Shown here in pieces: positions 12,133 to 21,758 of a DNA stretch of 64,000 bases. Under the pieces are notes generated by a model. It was not told where the DNA came from. It saw nothing but the letters and a program-made list of their open reading frames with translations, and did no database searches. The stretch's first letter is position 1. Every line of letters starts with the position of its first letter. A program made the translations under genes and the position numbers. This DNA is from an uncultured Candidatus Saccharibacteria bacterium (lineage in GTDB: Bacteria; Patescibacteriota; Minisyncoccia; Phycocordibacterales; UBA918), in assembly GCA_964402035.1 (NCBI GenBank), contig CAYOAM010000001.1:243558-307557 (forward strand), written 5' to 3'.

Positions 12133-13086
12133 ATGAATGAAAAAAATACCCCACGTGATTTCTTCTTGCATGCAGGAGCCTTTCTAACATTATATCTAGG
12201 GGCAATAGCTCTGATCACTCTACTCTTTAGTGTGATCAATTACGTATTTCCTGATCCACTTCAGGGCGTCTACTACAGCGACCCATACTCTGGTCCGATT
12301 CGATTTGCCATAGCATCACTGTTTGTATTGGTGCCGTTGACCGTATACCTATTTTTTGTCGTGCAAAAGGAGTCACGTCTAAGTCCTGAGCGAAGAACCA
12401 TGACCATCAGAAAATGGCTCACCTATATCACGATCTTTGTTGCAGCAGGGACCGTTGTTGGTGATCTTATCGCTCTTTTGTATAGTTTCTTAGGTGGAAC
12501 ATTGCCAACAGCATTTTTTCTCAAGATACTCGTCATACTAGCCATAATGGGAGCGGGGTTTGGGTATTTCCTCATGGATATCAAGGGATATTGGGTCACT
12601 CGAGCAGCACAGTCTCGCATGGTTGGTCTAGGGATTCTGGTTGTTGTTTTCAGTTCTATTGTTGGGGGCATGGTGCTTATGGGAAGCCCAATGACGCAGC
12701 GAGATCTAAACCTCGATAATCAGCAGATTAATGACTTGATGACAACAGAATCTACGATCAATAATTATTGGCAAGCAACCAAGGGAAGATTGCCTGACTC
12801 ACTTGCGCAGCTAGAGAACGATAACACTGGTTATCGTGTGATCCAGAGCCCAGAAGGACGTGAACCATACGAGTACAAAAAGACAAGTACGACAACGTAT
12901 GAATTGTGCGCAACATTTGCACTGGCGCTTGATGAAAAGACGTATCCAACCAACGGATATGCATACCCTCAGCGCCAAAAATGGATGCATGCTCCAGGAC
13001 GAGTATGTTTCCAGATGAAAGTAGACCCCGCATTACTTACTATAGGAAGTGAAGTTCCATTGGGAGTACCTATCAAGGGATTTTAG
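12133..13086 (+). CDS. multi-pass membrane protein (DUF5671-like) with exported C-terminal domain
   Basis: About five TM segments; RFAIASL, IRKWLTY; C-terminal YELCATF and second Cys. Confidence 0.7.
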   Translation: MNEKNTPRDFFLHAGAFLTLYLGAIALITLLFSVINYVFPDPLQGVYYSDPYSGPIRFAIASLFVLVPLTVYLFFVVQKESRLSPERRTMTIRKWLTYITIFVAAGTVVGDLIALLYSFLGGTLPTAFFLKILVILAIMGAGFGYFLMDIKGYWVTRAAQSRMVGLGILVVVFSSIVGGMVLMGSPMTQRDLNLDNQQINDLMTTESTINNYWQATKGRLPDSLAQLENDNTGYRVIQSPEGREPYEYKKTSTTTYELCATFALALDEKTYPTNGYAYPQRQKWMHAPGRVCFQMKVDPALLTIGSEVPLGVPIKGF

Positions 13087-13107
13087 GACCGATAGTGCGC
13101 GTTTGGA

Positions 13108-13234
13108 TAGAACATGCTTAAAAACCTACAGATACGAGACGGCAAGGAGCGAGAACCCGAGGCGTATTTGATATACGGTGAGTGGTTCGAGCGACGCAGA
13201 CAACGAAGTAGGTGTGGTTTTTAAACATGTTCTA
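13108..13234. mobile_element. MITE-like palindromic element with TA ends
   Basis: TAGAACATGCTTAAAAACC...GGTTTTTAAACATGTTCTA terminal inverted repeat (18/19); internal GAACC/GGTTC and CGTAT/ATACG symmetry. Confidence 0.75.
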
Positions 13235-13236
13235 CT

Positions 13237-15624
13237 ATGCACAAGAAATTTGATCATAATGCCATAGAGAAAAAATGGCAGGACACATGGGAAAAGAGCG
13301 GAATTTTCGATGTCGGAGCCCGCGATCATGCCAAAGAGAAGAAATATATACTGGTTGAGTTTCCGTACCCGTCGGGCAATCTTCATATTGGCCATTGGTT
13401 TGCTTTTGCAGTCGTTGATATCTACGTTCGTGCCTTGCGTATGCAGGGGAAGCAGGTGTTCTTTCCTATTGGTTTTGATTCGTTTGGATTACCTGCAGAA
13501 AATGCAGCGATAAAACGTGGTCTGAATCCAAAAGATTGGACGTACGACAATATTGCATACATGACGCAACAGCTCAAAAGTATGGGTAATGCTTTTGCAT
13601 GGAATGCATCACTACGAACATCAGATCCCGAGTACTACGGTTTTACGCAACATCTTTTTACAGAGTTTTTTAAGCATGATCTCGTGTATCGAGGTACCGC
13701 AATTGTGAACTGGGACCCTGTTGATAAGACTGTAGTGGCAAACGAGCAAGTCCTACCTGACGGCACGGGTGAACGCTCGGGAGCAAAAATTGAAAAGCGG
13801 GAAATGCCGCAATGGATGATGCGGATCACAAAGTATGCTGATCGTCTTATTGATGATCTTGATACGTTGCCATGGCCAAATCACATTAAGGAGTCTCAAA
13901 AAAACTGGATAGGGAGAAGCGAGGGAGCAACACTCGACTTTGCGCTTACGACAGGAGAGGTCGTACCTGTTTTTACTACTCGCCCTGAGACTATTTTTGG
14001 TGCGACCTATATTGTGCTTGCTCCGGAGCATCCATTGGTTGCTAAAAATAAGGATATAATAAAAAACTGGAACGAGGTTTCTGCCTATTGTGAGACGGCG
14101 CGACACAAAGATGACATAGAACGCATTGCAGAAAAAAAGGAAAAGACTGGTGTAGCACTTGAAGGGATCAAAGCCTTCAATCCAGCAACAAAATTAGAAA
14201 TCCCTGTCTATGTTGCAGAATATGTACTTTCTCAATACGGCACGGGCGCTATTATGGCAGTACCCGCACATGACACGCGTGATTATGCTTTTGCGCAGAC
14301 ATTTTCTCTCCCGGTAGTCCCCGTGATCAAGACAAGTGAACCGTTGCCGTATGCAGGAAATGGACCTCTCATACATTCAGGCGCATTTGATGGTTTAAAT
14401 AACGAAGAAGCCAAGCAAGCAATTGTTGAGCATTTGCATGGCAAACTCACCAAGACGTATCGATTGCGCGATTGGTCGGTGGGACGTCAGCGATATTGGG
14501 GCGTACCTATCCCTATCGTGTACGATCCTCAAGGTACAGCGCACCCAATCCCCAAAGAGCACTTGCCGTGGCTTTTACCTGTAGACGTAGATTTTACTCC
14601 TACAGGTGTTGCTCCACTTGCAAAATCTGCAGAGCTTAAAGAAAGAACAGAAAAGATTTTTGGAAAGGGTTGGACGCCAGAAGTTGAGACTATGGATACT
14701 TTTGTGGACTCTTCCTGGCATTTTTTACGGTACACGGATGTACAGAATACAAATGCATTTGCATCTCTGGAAGCTCAAAAAGATTGGATGCCGGTTGATA
14801 TCTATTTTGGTGGAGCGGAACATACCACCATGCATCTTTTGTACTCTCGATTTTGGCAAAAAGCACTATTTGATCTTGGTTTAGCAACTGAGCCTGAGCC
14901 GTACACTATGCGAATAAACCGGGGTCTGGTATTGGGGCCCGATGGCAACAAAATGAGTAAGTCCAAGGGCAATGTTATTGATCCTGATATAGAAGTCACT
15001 CGTTTAGGGGCTGATACGGTAAAGATGTACTTGGCCTTTATGGGACCATATGCAGAGACATCGAACTATCCGTGGGATATGGGTGGTATTGCCGGTCTAC
15101 GTCGCTTTTTGGAGCGAGCACATGGGCTTGTGGATCACGTCCGTGACCTTGAAGCTCCTCACATTACGGTGTTGCTGAATCAAACCATTGAAAAGATGAC
15201 GAATGATATTGCTTTGTACAAATTTAACACTGCCATAAGTGCGCTCATGGTCTTTATAAACAGCGCCGAAAAAGATGGGTTATCTCGAGCTTCGTATCAG
15301 ATTTTTGTGCGCCTCTTGGCTCCATTTGCGCCGCATTTGACTGAGGAATTGTGGTCGCTGTTGGGTGAGTCTACATCGATCCATGAGGCAGCGTGGCCGA
15401 TAGCAGATCAGACCGTCCTACAAAGCAGACAGGTGACCATGGCGGTACAAATTGATGGGAAAACACGAGGAACCGTGACAGTCCCAATGGGCAGCGATGA
15501 GGCTACGGTGATGGCTGCGGTGCGTAATGACGCGGCACTTGAGCGTTATCTTGAGTCATTGGAGCAGCCAAAAGTGATTTTCGTGGTGAATAAAATCATC
15601 AATGTGCTCAATAACCGTGGATAA
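13237..15624 (+). CDS. leuS: leucine--tRNA ligase
   Basis: FPYPSGNLHIGH, CP1 motifs FTTRPET and GTGAIMAVPAHD, KMSKS. Confidence 0.98.
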   Translation: MHKKFDHNAIEKKWQDTWEKSGIFDVGARDHAKEKKYILVEFPYPSGNLHIGHWFAFAVVDIYVRALRMQGKQVFFPIGFDSFGLPAENAAIKRGLNPKDWTYDNIAYMTQQLKSMGNAFAWNASLRTSDPEYYGFTQHLFTEFFKHDLVYRGTAIVNWDPVDKTVVANEQVLPDGTGERSGAKIEKREMPQWMMRITKYADRLIDDLDTLPWPNHIKESQKNWIGRSEGATLDFALTTGEVVPVFTTRPETIFGATYIVLAPEHPLVAKNKDIIKNWNEVSAYCETARHKDDIERIAEKKEKTGVALEGIKAFNPATKLEIPVYVAEYVLSQYGTGAIMAVPAHDTRDYAFAQTFSLPVVPVIKTSEPLPYAGNGPLIHSGAFDGLNNEEAKQAIVEHLHGKLTKTYRLRDWSVGRQRYWGVPIPIVYDPQGTAHPIPKEHLPWLLPVDVDFTPTGVAPLAKSAELKERTEKIFGKGWTPEVETMDTFVDSSWHFLRYTDVQNTNAFASLEAQKDWMPVDIYFGGAEHTTMHLLYSRFWQKALFDLGLATEPEPYTMRINRGLVLGPDGNKMSKSKGNVIDPDIEVTRLGADTVKMYLAFMGPYAETSNYPWDMGGIAGLRRFLERAHGLVDHVRDLEAPHITVLLNQTIEKMTNDIALYKFNTAISALMVFINSAEKDGLSRASYQIFVRLLAPFAPHLTEELWSLLGESTSIHEAAWPIADQTVLQSRQVTMAVQIDGKTRGTVTVPMGSDEATVMAAVRNDAALERYLESLEQPKVIFVVNKIINVLNNRG

Positions 15625-15685
15625 CCAGAGCTTGACGTATTTTGAATATTGTGATAAAAAGGATTATAAGTCGTAAAAAACACAT

Positions 15686-16717
15686 ATGTCTAGTATTAAC
15701 TTTAAACCTAAACAGGTCACAAAAAAGCTGCTTTCAGCACTGTCAAGCCGTGCTCAGGACGTGCTTACCAAGCGCTATGGTTTAACTGCGGATACTGAGT
15801 CACATACACTCGAAGCTATTGGTCAGATCTACGGCATCACCCGTGAGCGTGTTCGCCAGATCGAAAACCACGCTATTCAGGCTATACAGAAGTCACCAAC
15901 CTATAAGGAGTTTGATGAAACTTTTGAAGAGCTCCGTGCATCCATCGAAGGGTTGGGCACCGTGATCGCCGAGCACGCACTACTTGAGGAACTTGGAAAA
16001 GATGTTGCGGCAAAAAATCATCTTTTTTTCCTGTTGGTGTTGGGAACTCCATTTAACCGCAAAAAGGAGGACGATGCATTTCATCACCGATGGCATATTG
16101 CTTCAGATACAGCAGACAAGGTAGAGAAGGCGTTGACTGAAGTGCATGCGACTCTTTCAGAAGACGATCTCTTTTCTGATGAAGAAATTTTAAATTTGTT
16201 TACTAAAAACCTCGACGAATCAGTAGCACGCAATACTGACGAAGCTACGTTGCGCCGATGGCTTTCTATCTCAAAACGTATTGGACGAAATCCATTGGGA
16301 GAATGGGGTGTTTCTTCAAGTCCCAATGTTCGTGCCAAGGGTATCCGCGATTTTGCGTATCTTACCGTCAAGCGTCACGGTTCACCGATGCACTTTAGAG
16401 AAGTAGCGCGGGCTATCGAAGAATTGTTCAACCGAAAAGCACACATCGCTACCTGTCACAATGAACTCATAAAGGACAAGCGTTTTGTGCTCGTGGGACG
16501 TGGTCTCTATGCACTTACTGAGTGGGGATACTCTGCAGGTGTTGTAAAGGATGTGTTGCGTGAAATTTTGCGCAAAGAAGGAGCGCTTACTCGAAATGAA
16601 ATTATCGACAAGGTCCGAAAGGAACGCTACGTAAAAGACAATACTATTATCGTAAATCTTCAAGATCCTGCACTATTCCGACGATTGCCTGATGGACGCT
16701 ATACCCTTGCTGAATAA
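15686..16717 (+). CDS. sigma-70 region-4 HTH plus C-terminal winged-helix (HARE-HTH/RpoE-like) protein
   Basis: TLEAIGQIYGITRERVRQIE; PMHFRE...HNELIKDKRFVLVGRGLYALTEWG; no sigma region 2 seen. Confidence 0.8.
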   Translation: MSSINFKPKQVTKKLLSALSSRAQDVLTKRYGLTADTESHTLEAIGQIYGITRERVRQIENHAIQAIQKSPTYKEFDETFEELRASIEGLGTVIAEHALLEELGKDVAAKNHLFFLLVLGTPFNRKKEDDAFHHRWHIASDTADKVEKALTEVHATLSEDDLFSDEEILNLFTKNLDESVARNTDEATLRRWLSISKRIGRNPLGEWGVSSSPNVRAKGIRDFAYLTVKRHGSPMHFREVARAIEELFNRKAHIATCHNELIKDKRFVLVGRGLYALTEWGYSAGVVKDVLREILRKEGALTRNEIIDKVRKERYVKDNTIIVNLQDPALFRRLPDGRYTLAE

Positions 16718-16747
16718 ATAAAAGCCTCCCCTTGGGAGGCTTTTATT
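16718..16747 (+). terminator. intrinsic terminator
   Basis: ATAAAAGCCTCCC-CTT-GGGAGGCTTTTAT. Confidence 0.85.
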
Positions 16748-16761
16748 GTTAGAATACTCTC

Positions 16762-18123
16762 ATGTCAGCTCCTGCCAAAAAGAAAGGAAAGAGTACGCTC
16801 GATATACTTGAAGGATTTGGTGTGAATGGAGGTATTGTCCTTTCAATTCTAGGGCTCTGTTTGATTGGTTTTATAGTACTCTATATCGGAATACCGACCA
16901 CACAGTGGATTTCTTTTGTTTTTTTATCAAGCCCTTTATGGCTGCCGTGGGTTTTGTTCCATGAGTTTTTTAAGAAATGGATGGAGTATGTTGGGATGAG
17001 TTTTGCTTTGGCCCAAGGGCGGACAACGCTCGAAATACAATTTCCCCAGGAAGTTTTTAAATCACCGCTAGCGATGGAGTTGGTACTCAATCAGATGTAC
17101 CAGACAGCAAGTCCAGACAATCATATAGAGACATACTGGGATGGTAAACATCCGCCGACATATGGACTGGAGATTGTATCCGATGGCGGCCGCATCCACT
17201 TTTATATCAATACACCAAAGAAAAAGTTTAAAAACCTAATTGAGACACAACTGTATGCTCAGTATCCCGGCATTGTGGTAAAAGAGTTACCCATCGACTA
17301 TACAGCAGCACTGCCGTGGGATCCGAGTCGTTTTGGTTATTTTGCGTTGCATTTTCGTTTAAAAAACCCTGATCCATTTCCAATAAAAACCTACATCGAT
17401 TTCGGTTTAGATAAGGATCAAAAGGAGGAGTATAAGATCGACCCCATGTCGACTATTCTCGAACTTCTTGGTTCTATTGGTCCAAAAGAAAAAATTTGGA
17501 TACAGATTTTGATATCCGCGCACCGAAAGGTAAATTTTAAGACTGGCAGCTTGCAAGAACATGACGACTGGCAAGGAGCTATTACTGCAGAAATAGACAA
17601 AATAATGAAAAAGCGTGCAGGAAAAAAGAAGAAACCGAGTGGCGAAGAAGAGGAAGAACTTTCTGGTACCCTTACACCGCGTGAGCGCGATATTGTCGCA
17701 TCACTGGAACGTAGCGCGGCAAAAAACGCCTTCAATACGAAGATACGTGCGCTCTATGCTGCTGAACTAGAAGGTCTTCAGATTAGCGAACGTATTGGCC
17801 CCATTATCACCATGTGGCGTTCATTTGATGATGTCACGCGAAATGGTATCGGTGTAGCTTGGCGTAGTGACTTTGATTGGAACTGGTGGCAAGACCCTAG
17901 TGGAAAAAAACGCGCAGCGCATAAAGAGCGTGAACTTGAGGAGTATAAATTGCGCATTTATGAAGGACAAGCCGCCAAGGGTATTGATGGCGGGTTTATA
18001 TTAACGACCGAGGAACTTGCGTCAATCTTTCACCCAGCGGGAGCTGTTCTACTCACTCCTACATTGGAACGAGTACCATCTGCCCGAGCAGAAGCTCCAT
18101 CGAATTTACCTCGTGGGATTTAG
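16762..18123 (+). CDS. membrane-anchored conserved hypothetical protein
   Basis: N-terminal TM pair; LYAQYP, FPIKTY, LTTEELASIFH, APSNLP motifs recalled from CPR proteins found with type IV coupling ATPases. Confidence 0.7.
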   Translation: MSAPAKKKGKSTLDILEGFGVNGGIVLSILGLCLIGFIVLYIGIPTTQWISFVFLSSPLWLPWVLFHEFFKKWMEYVGMSFALAQGRTTLEIQFPQEVFKSPLAMELVLNQMYQTASPDNHIETYWDGKHPPTYGLEIVSDGGRIHFYINTPKKKFKNLIETQLYAQYPGIVVKELPIDYTAALPWDPSRFGYFALHFRLKNPDPFPIKTYIDFGLDKDQKEEYKIDPMSTILELLGSIGPKEKIWIQILISAHRKVNFKTGSLQEHDDWQGAITAEIDKIMKKRAGKKKKPSGEEEEELSGTLTPRERDIVASLERSAAKNAFNTKIRALYAAELEGLQISERIGPIITMWRSFDDVTRNGIGVAWRSDFDWNWWQDPSGKKRAAHKERELEEYKLRIYEGQAAKGIDGGFILTTEELASIFHPAGAVLLTPTLERVPSARAEAPSNLPRGI

Positions 18124-18124
18124 T

Positions 18125-19120
18125 ATGAGTGAAATGGAGTCAGCCGAGGTTATTGTTGAGCGCTCATATTTGCGGTCTGGGGTATGGCTGCTTATCATGC
18201 TTGCTGTCATTGCTGTTATCGCCATTGTTTTGGTAGCATTTTTGAATACACCACCAAGTACGTTTACACACAATGCGCGCGTTACGATCGAGCCCGGATC
18301 ATCTCTTGGTGACATTGCAAAAACGCTAAAAGCAAATGGTCTTGTACGTGTGCCGCTACTATTTGAACTTGCGGTCTCAATGCAGGGTGAAGCGGAAAAT
18401 ATGCACGCTGGAATCTATCAGTTTGCTTCCCCTCTTAGTAGCGTCGCTCTTGCCGACGCTATGATACAAAAGACCGCTGCTGTTCCGCCGATACGTGTGA
18501 CGATTCCAGAAGGATCAACCCTCGCAGATTTTGATGAGATACTATCGTCAGCTATCCCACGAATAGAGAAGGGTGCAATCGTTGCTGCAGCTTCAAACAC
18601 GGAGGGTATTTTATTTCCTGATACCTATTTAATACCCGAAGACTACGATGCAACTGATGTTGTCACACTACTCTCAGACACGTTCAAAGAGAAGCTAAAA
18701 CCATTTGCAGCAGATATTATCGAGAGTGGATTTACTGAACAAGAAATTGTCACGTTGGCTTCGCTTGTAGAACGCGAAGCAAACGATAGTACATCAATGC
18801 GTATGGTCTCCGGAATCTTGTTCAATAGATTAGAAATCAATATGCCATTACAAGTTGACGCTGCATTTATGTATCTGCTACAAAAAAGCAGCGCGGAATT
18901 GACTCCAGAAGACCTCGCATATGATTCTCCGTACAATACCTATCTGTATGCCGGTTTGCCGCCGGGACCAATAGCAAGTCCCAGCATCGCCGCGATAGAA
19001 GCAGTTCTAAAGCCAATCGCATCAGAGAATCTGTATTACTTGACGGGGAATGATGGTATGTTTTACTACGCCGAAACATTTGAACAACATAAACTCAACA
19101 AAGAGCGCTATTTGCGCTAG
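18125..19120 (+). CDS. mltG: endolytic transglycosylase MltG
   Basis: TIPEG, EGILFPDTY, LASLVERE, SPYNTY..GLPPGPI. Confidence 0.95.
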   Translation: MSEMESAEVIVERSYLRSGVWLLIMLAVIAVIAIVLVAFLNTPPSTFTHNARVTIEPGSSLGDIAKTLKANGLVRVPLLFELAVSMQGEAENMHAGIYQFASPLSSVALADAMIQKTAAVPPIRVTIPEGSTLADFDEILSSAIPRIEKGAIVAAASNTEGILFPDTYLIPEDYDATDVVTLLSDTFKEKLKPFAADIIESGFTEQEIVTLASLVEREANDSTSMRMVSGILFNRLEINMPLQVDAAFMYLLQKSSAELTPEDLAYDSPYNTYLYAGLPPGPIASPSIAAIEAVLKPIASENLYYLTGNDGMFYYAETFEQHKLNKERYLR

Positions 19121-19126
19121 TAACCT

Positions 19127-20200
19127 ATGAAAAAACAGACTGTCTTCGTTGGCATGTCCGGTGGCGTCGATTCATCGGTTGCCGCCCTCCTACTTAAGGA
19201 GCAGGGCTACGCGGTAGTTGGTGTATTTATCAAAGTGTGGCAGCCAGATTTTTTATCATGTCACTGGGAAGCCGAGCGTCTGGATGCTATGCGTGTAGCG
19301 GCACATTTGGATATCCCTTTTTTGACATGTGACGCGGAGGATACGTATAAAAAAGATGTAGCTGATTATTTTATTGAATCCTACAAGACTGGCATAACAC
19401 CGAATCCGGATGTTATGTGTAACACCCATATAAAGTTTGGAAGGTTTTTTGAGTTTGCAAAAGAGCATAACGCAACACATATCGCTACCGGACATTATGC
19501 GCGAACAAAGTCCGATACTATTCCAGCGCAGCTCTTGCGAGGAGCGGATGTAGTAAAGGATCAAAGTTATTTTTTGTGGAATATTAGTGAAGATGCTTTG
19601 CGGCATACACTCTTTCCGATAGGACATCTCCAAAAATCTGAAGTACGGGCCATAGCGACGCGTGCGAACCTGCCGACGGCAACAAAAGATGAGAGTCAAG
19701 GAATTTGTTTTTTGGGTCACGTTGATATGCGTGAATTTCTTTCTCACTATATCGATCTCAAAGATGGAGTAGTTGTTGACGAACAGGGCGCTAGTATCGG
19801 TAGTCATCATGGCGCAGTACTCTATACCATAGGGCAGCGTCACGGTTTTCACATCGATCCAAAGCATGCAAGTACTGCTCCGTATTTTGTCATCAATAAA
19901 GACAAAGCACAGAATACGATTATGGTGAGCACTCATAAACCACAGCGACGTGATCTAGAGCTCACGCTTACCAATCTTCGCTATTATGCAGATTCAACAT
20001 CCTTACCCAAGACGCTCGATGTACAGATACGGTATCGGCAAAAACCGCTCCAGGCTAGGGTCACAGGGACGACGGCTTCAACACTGTCACTGACTTTTAC
20101 GGAACCTGCAGATATTCCGGACCAGGGGCAATCCTGCGTTCTCTATAGCAACGATCGCGTGCTCGCGGGTGGTATTATTAGTGCTTCAGTATTACATTAA
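19127..20200 (+). CDS. mnmA: tRNA 2-thiouridylase MnmA
   Basis: SGGVDSS, TPNPDVMCN, ATGHYA, KDQSYFL, SQGICF. Confidence 0.97.
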   Translation: MKKQTVFVGMSGGVDSSVAALLLKEQGYAVVGVFIKVWQPDFLSCHWEAERLDAMRVAAHLDIPFLTCDAEDTYKKDVADYFIESYKTGITPNPDVMCNTHIKFGRFFEFAKEHNATHIATGHYARTKSDTIPAQLLRGADVVKDQSYFLWNISEDALRHTLFPIGHLQKSEVRAIATRANLPTATKDESQGICFLGHVDMREFLSHYIDLKDGVVVDEQGASIGSHHGAVLYTIGQRHGFHIDPKHASTAPYFVINKDKAQNTIMVSTHKPQRRDLELTLTNLRYYADSTSLPKTLDVQIRYRQKPLQARVTGTTASTLSLTFTEPADIPDQGQSCVLYSNDRVLAGGIISASVLH

Positions 20201-20208
20201 AACATATC

Positions 20209-21048
20209 ATGCTTGAACATATTAATATTCGTAAAGCCGATGGGACGACCGAAGCATTCCAAATGTCTAAATTGCGTACGTCACTAAAGCGCGCGGGAGC
20301 ATCGGAGACTGAGATGACACAGATAACGAGGACCATAGAGTCAGAGCTGGTGGAAGGTATGACGACGGAACAAATCTATCGCCATGCCTTTGATCTTTTG
20401 CGACAAGGTGAAAAAACTACAGCCGCACGCTACTCACTGCGACGCGCCATGATAGGTCTTGGACCAACCGGTTTTCCTTTTGAAGATTATTTGGCAGCGC
20501 TTTTTACTGCCCAGGGGTATAAGACACGTACACGAGCGATCGTAAAGGGAAAGTGCGTATCGCATGAAGTCGATGTGGTGGCATATAAAGACAGCGACTG
20601 CTTTGTTGCGGAGGCAAAATTTCATATGCAACCGGGTATAAAATCTGATCTGCAAGTCATACTGTACTCGCACGCTCGCTTTCTTGATATCGTAGGCGTC
20701 AAGGTACACAAAAATGATATTGCGACCATCACGAAGCCTTGGGTGATCACGAATACCAAGTTCACTTCAACAGCAATTCAATATGCAAAATGTGCAGGTG
20801 TGCATTTGCTTTCATGGGATTATCCAAAAAAGGACAACTTGCAGCAGATGATTGAAACGACAAAACTATATCCTATAACAGTTCTTCAGAGTCTTTCATT
20901 GCGAGACAAAAAAACACTACTTTCACAAGGGACTGTGCTGTGCAGTGACGTTATTGACAATCAACAGCTTTTGTCATCTGCTGGTGTACCGCGCAATAAA
21001 ATGAGCGCTATTTTGGACGAAAGTGTACGACTATGCACAATTAATTAA
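20209..21048 (+). CDS. ATP-cone domain fused to Mrr-like restriction endonuclease domain
   Basis: N-terminal IRKADGTTEAF..KL..SL (ATP cone); GFPFE, EVDV...EAKFH (PD-(D/E)XK), ITNTKFT. Confidence 0.8.
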   Translation: MLEHINIRKADGTTEAFQMSKLRTSLKRAGASETEMTQITRTIESELVEGMTTEQIYRHAFDLLRQGEKTTAARYSLRRAMIGLGPTGFPFEDYLAALFTAQGYKTRTRAIVKGKCVSHEVDVVAYKDSDCFVAEAKFHMQPGIKSDLQVILYSHARFLDIVGVKVHKNDIATITKPWVITNTKFTSTAIQYAKCAGVHLLSWDYPKKDNLQQMIETTKLYPITVLQSLSLRDKKTLLSQGTVLCSDVIDNQQLLSSAGVPRNKMSAILDESVRLCTIN

Positions 21049-21105
21049 TTGCATGCTATAATCGACCGCGCATTAACCGACATTAACCGATTAGCGTTTT
21101 CCTTT

Positions 21106-21687
21106 ATGGAAGAACAAGAAAAAAAACAAAAAACAATAGTAGCATTCATCGCAGGTCTATTGATTGGAGGATTGCTCGTGTGGGTGTTTGGAGTATCGCC
21201 AAAGGATGTAAAGAAAGAAGTAGCAGTTGGTAAGACTGACGTTACCGATGTTTCTGATACCGTGAAAGATGCAGAGGTTGCTAGTGAGACAAAGACAAAC
21301 GGAAAGGGAGGTGAAGTTGTAGAAAAGAAACCGGCGGTGACAGAGACCGTTGCAAAAGGTGCGGGTTCAATCTCAGTTGCTGACCAGGATGCTGGAGCGG
21401 TCGTCACGTTGGGTGCGTTTACTATGCCAGTTGATAATGCATGGATTGTAGTCCATGAACTAAATGCGGGAGGCACGTTAGGAAATGCCCTTGGTGCATC
21501 TCGTTACTCAAAGACAGAAGGACTTATTCCTAAAACTGTTGAACTACTACGCTCAACAGAAGCGGGAAAGACCTACCATGTCGTACTATACAGCGAGAAT
21601 GGTGACCGAGTATTTGATCTAAAGGAAGATGCTTTGATTACCACCGAAGGTGGTGATCGAATTGAGGACGCCTTCAAGACAAACTAG
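21106..21687 (+). CDS. membrane-anchored exported hypothetical protein
   Basis: Single N-terminal TM, low-complexity linker, beta-rich C-terminal domain (WIVVH, LGA, NGDRVFD). Confidence 0.75.
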   Translation: MEEQEKKQKTIVAFIAGLLIGGLLVWVFGVSPKDVKKEVAVGKTDVTDVSDTVKDAEVASETKTNGKGGEVVEKKPAVTETVAKGAGSISVADQDAGAVVTLGAFTMPVDNAWIVVHELNAGGTLGNALGASRYSKTEGLIPKTVELLRSTEAGKTYHVVLYSENGDRVFDLKEDALITTEGGDRIEDAFKTN

Positions 21688-21703
21688 GTTCAAAAGTATA
21701 CGC

Positions 21704-21738
21704 ACTAAAAAACACCTCTACTGAGGTGTTTTTTAGTA
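21704..21738 (+). terminator. intrinsic, probably bidirectional terminator
   Basis: ACTAAAAAACACCTC-TACT-GAGGTGTTTTTTAGT. Confidence 0.85.
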
Positions 21739-21758
21739 TATGCTACACTGTCCCGTAT

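Noticed and set aside
12115-12140. GTCGCATAA resembling the dif-like arm
   Set aside because: No second arm; explained by a CATAAT -10 box before the ATG at 12133
13087-13236. T-box riboswitch upstream of leuS
   Set aside because: No T-box consensus or terminator/antiterminator; terminal inverted repeats explain the region better
21071-21090. Tandem 10-mer CATTAACCGA x2 in a 5' leader
   Set aside because: Only two copies with no supporting context; probably a slippage duplication
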